Assembly: GCA_051000335.1 (NCBI GenBank)
Contig: JBPCOK010000090.1
Span: forward strand, 1 to 41,794
From: Candidatus Limnocylindria bacterium
GTDB lineage: Bacteria > Chloroflexota > Limnocylindria > QHBO01
Direction: 5' to 3'
DNA: 41,794 nt
Shown here: positions 36,168 through 41,794 of the stretch, one piece after another
Layout: every line of letters starts with the position of its first letter
Position numbering within the stretch: the stretch's first letter is position 1
Made by a program: the position numbers and the translations under genes
Notes under the pieces: generated by a model
Told to the model about the DNA's origin: nothing
Databases searched by the model: none
Seen by the model: only the letters and a program-made list of their open reading frames with translations

Positions 36168-37427
36168 TCAGGTCGGGCCGCCGCGATCGTCCCTGGCGGC
36201 ATTCGGTATCCCGTCGGCGTCGTCCTCCACGCCGGGCGTCGGCCCCGACGCGGCGTGGCCATCACGCTCGGACCGCGTGGAGGCGCGGCGAACCAGCCAC
36301 GGGAGGAATGGCGGCACGATGAGGGTGGTGATGATCGCCATGCCGACGACGACGGAGTAGATCTCGCCCTCGATGGCGCCCGCTGACAGGCCGAGACCGG
36401 CGACGACGATCCCGACCTCTCCACGAGGAACCATGCCCCAGCCCACCATCGCGGCGCGCGCCCGACCCTGGCCCAGCGCCCCGATGAAGGCGCCGACGAA
36501 TTTCGTGACCACGGCGAGCGCCGTGAGCCCCAGCAGCAGCACCAGGACATCGACGCTCGCGAGGCCCGCGATGTCGACCTGCGCCCCGATGAATCCGAAG
36601 AAGAACGGGGTGAAGAACGCCGCCACCGGGGCGACCTCGGACTCGAGCGCGTGGCGCTCCGACGACTCGCCCGCGACCATGCCGGCCAGGAATGCGCCGA
36701 TGATCGCCGCCAGCCCGATGAGGGACGCCAGCGCGGCCAACCCGAGCATGATGATCATCCCGGGCAGGAACGGGGTCTCTGCGAACTGCGGGTCGGTAAG
36801 GATCGAGCGCCGGCGGCCAAGGATGCGGGTTCCGCCGATGACCACGACGCCGATGAATAGGATGGCAATGATGAGCAGGCCGAAGATGTCCGTGATCTCG
36901 AAGCTGCCGGCGGCCACGCCCGAGGCGACGGACAGGATCATGATGGCGAGTACGTCGTCGATGACCGCGGCACCGAGGATGATTCGCCCTCCGCGGCTCG
37001 TCAGGGCACCGAGGTCGCGCAGCACGTTCGATGTGATGCCCACGCTCGTGGCCGTCAGCGCGGCGGCGAGGAAGATGGCGAGCGTGAGATCCCCACCCGC
37101 CAGCTCCGCGGCGAGGAACCCACCGGCGAATGGGAAGATCACGCCCAGTATGCCGACCATCAACGCGGTGCGACCGACTCTTAGCAGCTCGTGGAGGCGG
37201 GTCTCGAGGCCGACTTGGAACAGCAGGAGAACGACGCCGATCTCGGCGAACAGCTCGGTCTCAGCATTGACCTCGTACACGCCGAGGATCGCCGGTCCGG
37301 CGACCACGCCACCGAGGATCTCCCCCACCACCGTGGGCTGTCCCAGGCGCCGGAAGATCTCGTTGCCGATCTTCGTCGCGACAAGGATCGCGAACAGCTG
37401 GATGAGGATCTGTGTCAGGTGGTCCAT
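36168..37427 (-). CDS. CPA2 cation:proton antiporter (NapA-like)
   Basis: QPTVVGEI, ATSVGIT, AAVIDD, GAFLAG, GMVPRGEV. Confidence 0.9.
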   Translation of the reverse strand: MDHLTQILIQLFAILVATKIGNEIFRRLGQPTVVGEILGGVVAGPAILGVYEVNAETELFAEIGVVLLLFQVGLETRLHELLRVGRTALMVGILGVIFPFAGGFLAAELAGGDLTLAIFLAAALTATSVGITSNVLRDLGALTSRGGRIILGAAVIDDVLAIMILSVASGVAAGSFEITDIFGLLIIAILFIGVVVIGGTRILGRRRSILTDPQFAETPFLPGMIIMLGLAALASLIGLAAIIGAFLAGMVAGESSERHALESEVAPVAAFFTPFFFGFIGAQVDIAGLASVDVLVLLLGLTALAVVTKFVGAFIGALGQGRARAAMVGWGMVPRGEVGIVVAGLGLSAGAIEGEIYSVVVGMAIITTLIVPPFLPWLVRRASTRSERDGHAASGPTPGVEDDADGIPNAARDDRGGPT

Positions 37428-37572
37428 CGTGTTCGAAGGAGGCTCCCGGTCGGTTGCAGCACGCGGTGGCGCCGACGGGCCACTCCCAGCAGTCTAGCCG
37501 ACCGACGCTGGAGGACCGGTATCATCGCCCGATGCCGACGACGCCCCGCGCCGCCGACTGCCGGTTCGTGCC

Positions 37573-39234
37573 ATGACCGGACTCGGGCTGACCCTGCTGC
37601 TGGCACTGGGTGCCGCGCTGGTGCTGGGGGCCATCGCGCATCGGCTGCGCCTTCCCCCGATGATCGGGTACATCGTGGCGGGCTTGGCCGTCGGTCCCGC
37701 GACGCCCGGCTTCGTGGCGGACCGGGAGGAGGTGCTGGCCCTCGCCGACATCGGCGTCGCGCTACTGATGTTCAGCATCGGGCTCCAGTTCAGCATCGGC
37801 GAGCTGCGATCGGTCGGGGCGCGAGTCTTGGCCGCGACGCCGCTCCAGGTCGCGATCACGCTGGGCATCGGGACCGGGACAGGGCTGCTGATGGGCTGGT
37901 CGCCGGTCGAGTCGCTGTTCATCGGTGGGGCCGTCTCGGTCTGCTCGACGGTGGTGCTCGTGAAAGTCGCCGGCGAGGGCACGCTCCACACGACCTCATA
38001 CGGGCGCACAGCGCTGGGCGTCTCCATCGTCCAGGACCTGGTGACCGTGGTGCTGGTGGTCGCACTCACCGCGCTGGGCGGCGCAGAGGATCGAACCCTG
38101 GCCGACCTGCTCGTCAGCGTGGGCATCGCACTCGGCTTCGTGGCCCTCGTCGTGATCCTCGGGTCGCGGGTTTTCCCCCGTCTGCTCGGGATGGTCGCCG
38201 GGCTGCGGTCACGGGAGCTCTTCGTCATCAGCGTGGCGGTGCTGTCGATCGGGACGGCATTCGCGGCAGCCGCCCTCGGCGTGAGCGTGGCCCTGGGGGC
38301 GTTCGTCGCCGGCCTGGCCCTCTCCGATTCGGACCTCACCGCCAGCGTCCTCGGCGAGATCGTTCCATTGCGCGAGCTGTTCAGCGTGTTCTTCTTCGTC
38401 TCGATCGGCATCCTGCTCCAGCCGGCCGCGATCATCGACGCGTGGCCGACGGTCGTCGCGCTGCTCCTGATCATCACCCTCGGCAAGGCGATCCCGGTGG
38501 CGGCGCTCGCTCGCTTCGACGGACAGCGCCCATCATCCGCGGTGCGTGCCGGCGCGCTGATCGGTCAGAGCGGGGAGTTCAGCTTCGTTCTTGCGTCCGC
38601 CGGACTGGCGGTCGGCGCCGTGGCGAGCGATACGTTCAGCCTGGCCATGGGCGCCACCGTCATCTCGATCGTGACCGCGGCACCGCTGGCATCGCTGGCC
38701 GGTCGGATCGGGCCGTGGCTTGACCGTCGCGCACCACAGCCCGTCCTGCCGGGTGACGAGCCGCCGGTCAACCTGCGTCGCCACGCGATCATCCTGGGGT
38801 ACGGGCGCGTGGGCAAGGCCGTTGCGCGCGTGCTCGGGTCACGCGGCTTTGCGTGGGTCGCCATCGATGGCGACTACGCCCTGGCCCGCAGGGCGCGGCT
38901 CGAGGGAGCGTCCATCATCTACGGCGAGGCCGGCGCGCCGACCGTCCTGGACCGGGCCGGCGTGGTCGATGCGCACGCCATGATCATCGCCATCCCAGAC
39001 GCACTGGCCACCCGACAGGCGGCGGCCTACGCGAAGGTACGCAACCACCGAATCGAGATCGTGGCTCGGGCGCATTCGGAGGCCGACGAGGAGGAGCTGC
39101 GGCGGATCGGCGTCGCGCGCGTCGTGGTCGCCGACCGCGAGCTGGGCAACGAGCTGATCCGCCATGCGCTGCGGCGGTTCGGGGTCAGTGATCGCGAGGT
39201 CGCCGCGTTCCTGGTCGACCGCCGCCAGCGGTAG
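37573..39234 (+). CDS. CPA2 antiporter with C-terminal TrkA-N/RCK domain (Kef/YbaL-like)
   Basis: GYIVAG, VQDL, LGAFVAG, FFVSIG, QSGEFSF, ILGYGRVG, IVARAH. Confidence 0.9.
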   Translation: MTGLGLTLLLALGAALVLGAIAHRLRLPPMIGYIVAGLAVGPATPGFVADREEVLALADIGVALLMFSIGLQFSIGELRSVGARVLAATPLQVAITLGIGTGTGLLMGWSPVESLFIGGAVSVCSTVVLVKVAGEGTLHTTSYGRTALGVSIVQDLVTVVLVVALTALGGAEDRTLADLLVSVGIALGFVALVVILGSRVFPRLLGMVAGLRSRELFVISVAVLSIGTAFAAAALGVSVALGAFVAGLALSDSDLTASVLGEIVPLRELFSVFFFVSIGILLQPAAIIDAWPTVVALLLIITLGKAIPVAALARFDGQRPSSAVRAGALIGQSGEFSFVLASAGLAVGAVASDTFSLAMGATVISIVTAAPLASLAGRIGPWLDRRAPQPVLPGDEPPVNLRRHAIILGYGRVGKAVARVLGSRGFAWVAIDGDYALARRARLEGASIIYGEAGAPTVLDRAGVVDAHAMIIAIPDALATRQAAAYAKVRNHRIEIVARAHSEADEEELRRIGVARVVVADRELGNELIRHALRRFGVSDREVAAFLVDRRQR

Positions 39235-39249
39235 CGCAGTGGTTGTCGG

Positions 39250-39541
39250 CTAGCGCCCGCCCGCGAACGGGACCAGCCCGACGACGGCCAGCATGACGAG
39301 GATCACGCCGACCCCGAGGATCGTCGCCTGCGTCCGCCCCATCCTGCCGGGCGGGGGCTGGGCCGCCACTTGGCCCCCCCCGGGGGGGGGACGCGACGAT
39401 GAGCAGGGTGGCCACCGGCCCGAGGAAGAGGGGCGCAAGCCACCAGTTCAGGCCGGAGCGCTGCTTGGACTGGGCGAGCCCGGCGTGGACGAGCGTGAGC
39501 GTGAACCACGCCGCAGACCCGGAGACGTAGGCGTCCTGCAT
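39250..39541 (-). pseudogene. Small membrane protein apparently frameshifted at a C8G9 tract
   Basis: N-part AGLAQSKQRSGLNWW..LFLGPVATLLIV lies in one frame; the hydrophobic C-part TILGVGVILVMLAVVGLVPF* lies in another. The junction is the homopolymer at 39374-39390. Confidence 0.55.
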
Positions 39542-39556
39542 GCGCGGATCCCACGC

Positions 39557-40207
39557 TCAGGGGGCAAGGACCTCGCCGATGCGATCCACCAGCTCCGACA
39601 GCGAGTCCACCACCAGCGACGGCGGGGCGCTCGGAGGACCCTGGATCACGCCCCACGGCCCGCGGCGGATCCAGACCGAGCGCATTCCGGCGGCCTGGGC
39701 CGGCACAACGTCGTTGTCCACGCGATCACCGACGTAGGCGACGCGCGCCGGCGGTGGCCCGCCCATCATGTCGAGCACCCGCGCGAAGAATCCGGACTGC
39801 GGCTTGGCGACGCCGATGTCCTCACTCATGGCCATGACCTCCGCCTCCACGCCGATGGCCCGCAGCTGCGTCCCGCGGATCTCCGGCTGGTTCGCGACGA
39901 TGGCCACCCGATACCCGGCCTCGCGCAGGGCGTGCAGGGCGGGGAGGGCATCGGGGTAGAGGTCGTGGGCCTGGAATCCGCCATAGGCCGCCTCGACCGC
40001 GGGGGCCCGCAGCTGCCAGTCATCGGCGCCGAAGAGGGCGAACACGTCACGGTAGTCGCCGCCGCGGGCGATCACCGCTCCGAGTCCGGCGAGGAACGTG
40101 AGACGCGGGACACGCAGCTCATCGGCCCACAGGGACCAGACCCGGGTCTCGTCGATGATCGTCTCTCCGACGTCCAGGCAGATCCAGCGATCACTGTGCT
40201 GCGGCAT
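39557..40207 (-). CDS. HAD family hydrolase
   Basis: LDVGETIIDE, VANQP, KP..GFF, YVGDRVDNDV. Confidence 0.88.
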   Translation of the reverse strand: MPQHSDRWICLDVGETIIDETRVWSLWADELRVPRLTFLAGLGAVIARGGDYRDVFALFGADDWQLRAPAVEAAYGGFQAHDLYPDALPALHALREAGYRVAIVANQPEIRGTQLRAIGVEAEVMAMSEDIGVAKPQSGFFARVLDMMGGPPPARVAYVGDRVDNDVVPAQAAGMRSVWIRRGPWGVIQGPPSAPPSLVVDSLSELVDRIGEVLAP

Positions 40208-40237
40208 CTGCCGAGTCTACCGTCGGGGTCGAGCGTG

Positions 40238-40366
40238 CCACCGGGATTGGCATTGCGACCGCCGGGCTGCCGTCGTCGCCGGCCCATGGGTCGCTACGCC
40301 CATGTGATTGGCGTTTCGACCGCCGGCCCGCCTCCCGTCGGTCACAACGCCAACCAGGCTGGCGCG
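40238..40366 (+). repeat. 129-bp double-hairpin intergenic element, copy 2
   Basis: TTGGCATTGCGACC-N28-GGTCGCTACGCC...TTGGCGTTTCGACC-N18-GGTCACAACGCCAA; colinear with 16158-16285. Confidence 0.75.
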
Positions 40367-40416
40367 GCGAGGGCAGGCCGGCGCATCACCGACCATCCTC
40401 GGGTAGGGTGATCGGC

Positions 40417-40812
40417 ATGGAACTCGGACGCATCGTGCTGCGGATCGTGCTCGCGGCGGGCATGGCCGTGGCCGGGGCGGCGCACCTCGTGAGCCCGCGG
40501 CCCTTCATTGCCCACCTGCCCGATGCGATTCCCCTGCGCGGTGAGCTGGTCGCCGTCACCGGGATCATCGAGATCGTGCTCGCGGCCGGGCTGATCGGCC
40601 CGCGACCCTGGCGGCGGCCCGCGGGCCTGGCGCTCGCCGCGTATCTCGTGCTCGTGTTTCCCGCGAACGTCTACGCGGCCGTCAGCCAGGTGCCGATCGA
40701 CGGCATTCCGACCGGTTGGATCCGGTGGGCTCGCCTGCCACTCCAGCTCCCCCTCATCGCTGCCGCGTGGTGGGTTGCACGCGAGCCGTCCCGGATTCGC
40801 GCCCGGGATTGA
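40417..40812 (+). CDS. DoxX-like membrane protein
   Basis: GAAHL, TGIIEI, VFPANVY, WARLPLQLPLI. Confidence 0.8.
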   Translation: MELGRIVLRIVLAAGMAVAGAAHLVSPRPFIAHLPDAIPLRGELVAVTGIIEIVLAAGLIGPRPWRRPAGLALAAYLVLVFPANVYAAVSQVPIDGIPTGWIRWARLPLQLPLIAAAWWVAREPSRIRARD

Positions 40813-40818
40813 CGTCGA

Positions 40819-40983
40819 TTAGGCGGGCGTCCACGGCTGGTGGGCGGTAAGGGCGAGCTGCCAGCGGCCGTCATGGCGGACGTACGTCGATGCGATGCTC
40901 CCGCGATAGGGCTCCTCGTCGCCATCCCGACGACCTGTTCCGTGGTAAGCCACGATCACGACGTCGGGCGTGACCTCTCGAAT
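40819..40983 (-). pseudogene. 3' remnant of a DUF4440/NTF2-like gene
   Basis: Hand translation IREVTPDVVIVAYHGTGRRDGDEEPYRGSIASTYVRHDGRWQLALTAHQPWTPA*, with an in-frame TGA immediately upstream and no N-terminal half. Confidence 0.6.
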
Positions 40984-41029
40984 TCATCAGTTCGTCGCCG
41001 CCATTGATCGATGCGGTCGACAAGCGTTG

Positions 41030-41707
41030 TTACGACCCGAACGCGATCGCGGAGACGCTGAGCGCATTGAAAAGGATGTGAAGCAGGATGCCGGGATAGA
41101 CGCTCCCGGTCCGGCTGCGCAGATACCCGAGGCCCAGGCCGAATGCGGTGGCAACGAGCGCCAACCCGAAGAGGCCATGGCTGACGCCGAACACTGCGGC
41201 CGTGACCAGGATCGCCGCCCCCTGCCCGAAGCGTGCGAGCAGGCTAAAGCCGAGACCTCGAAACATCAGCTCCTCAACGACCGGGGCGACGACGGTCATG
41301 ATCAGCGCGTTGACGACATACGGAATGGCCCGATCAGGATCCCAGGGCGAAGCGGCAGGTTGCGTTTCTCCCGTCGGCAAGAGCGAGTCGACGAGGACGA
41401 GCACCAAGAGCGTACCGATGAACACGACCGCTCCGATCGCCGCAGCGCGAATCCACGATGATGGGGCTGTGAGGGCGAGCGTCTCGCGCAGCCCGGCGCC
41501 GCGGGCAATGACCAACGTGCCGGCGAGCATGAGGCCAAACTGAAGCAGGGCGAGGCCGGTCGTCGACCACCGAATGACGTACATCCGATCTGCCGGCACG
41601 TCCAAGAAGAAGATGGACAAGACGTTGAGCAGCGCCAGCGCCGCAGCCAGGCCCAACCATGCGACGAGCCGTCCCCGACCTTGTGGACCTTCGTCCTTCA
41701 CGCTCAC
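41030..41707 (-). CDS. CPBP (CAAX protease/Abi) family intramembrane metalloprotease
   Basis: APVVEELMFRG, FGVSH, RTGSVYPGILLHILFN. Start uncertain (GTG 41707). Confidence 0.88.
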   Translation of the reverse strand: MSVKDEGPQGRGRLVAWLGLAAALALLNVLSIFFLDVPADRMYVIRWSTTGLALLQFGLMLAGTLVIARGAGLRETLALTAPSSWIRAAAIGAVVFIGTLLVLVLVDSLLPTGETQPAASPWDPDRAIPYVVNALIMTVVAPVVEELMFRGLGFSLLARFGQGAAILVTAAVFGVSHGLFGLALVATAFGLGLGYLRSRTGSVYPGILLHILFNALSVSAIAFGS

Positions 41708-41762
41708 ATCAACCTCATTGACGCGTTCGCCGCGGCGCAGCAGGCGGAGCAAGAACCGTAGC

Positions 41763-41794
41763 TCAAGGCGTGCGCCGGCCGAAGAGGTTCAGGC
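41763..41794 (-). CDS. Possible 3' end of an upstream gene (partial)
   Basis: Reads ...LNLFGRRTP* with GC-rich third positions; too short to assign. Confidence 0.3.
   Translation of the reverse strand, partial: LNLFGRRTP

Noticed and set aside
16158-40366. 128-bp repeat with spacers as a CRISPR array or attC sites
   Set aside because: Arms are inverted and degenerate, there are only two units per locus, and no cas or integron integrase gene or GTTRRRY core is visible.
41030-41707. Abi/CPBP gene as a phage-defence system
   Set aside because: CPBP proteases are widespread membrane proteases and no defence-island context is visible.

Overview
High-GC (roughly 70% by eye) bacterial chromosomal segment, densely coding. 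The gene content and promoter style resemble Chloroflexota or Actinomycetota (inference). From left to right: hom-asd; F420 biosynthesis genes cofE-cofC-cofD with an LLM-class and a PPOX-class F420 enzyme and an aldehyde dehydrogenase; CinA; a lipid kinase; a dispersed reductive pyrimidine catabolism set (dihydropyrimidinase, beta-ureidopropionase-like nitrilase, TIGR03842-like LLM oxidoreductase, class-III aminotransferase, NitT/TauT-type ABC transporter); a MarP-like protease; a heliorhodopsin divergent from a TAXI-TRAP operon; a PLP decarboxylase; a thioredoxin/CcdA/two-component module that splits the ABC operon; two CPA2 antiporters; and small membrane genes. No dihydropyrimidine dehydrogenase, rRNA, tRNA, CRISPR array, transposase or integrase was recognised. 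The main leads are: (1) a candidate F420H2-dependent pyrimidine reduction pathway; (2) a 624-bp insert that replaced the 5' end of an LLM gene with a diverged allele and carries an SRPBCC gene; (3) two copies, 24 kb apart, of a 128/129-bp double-hairpin element with fixed-length variable spacers; (4) the heliorhodopsin context; (5) pervasive leaderless promoters.
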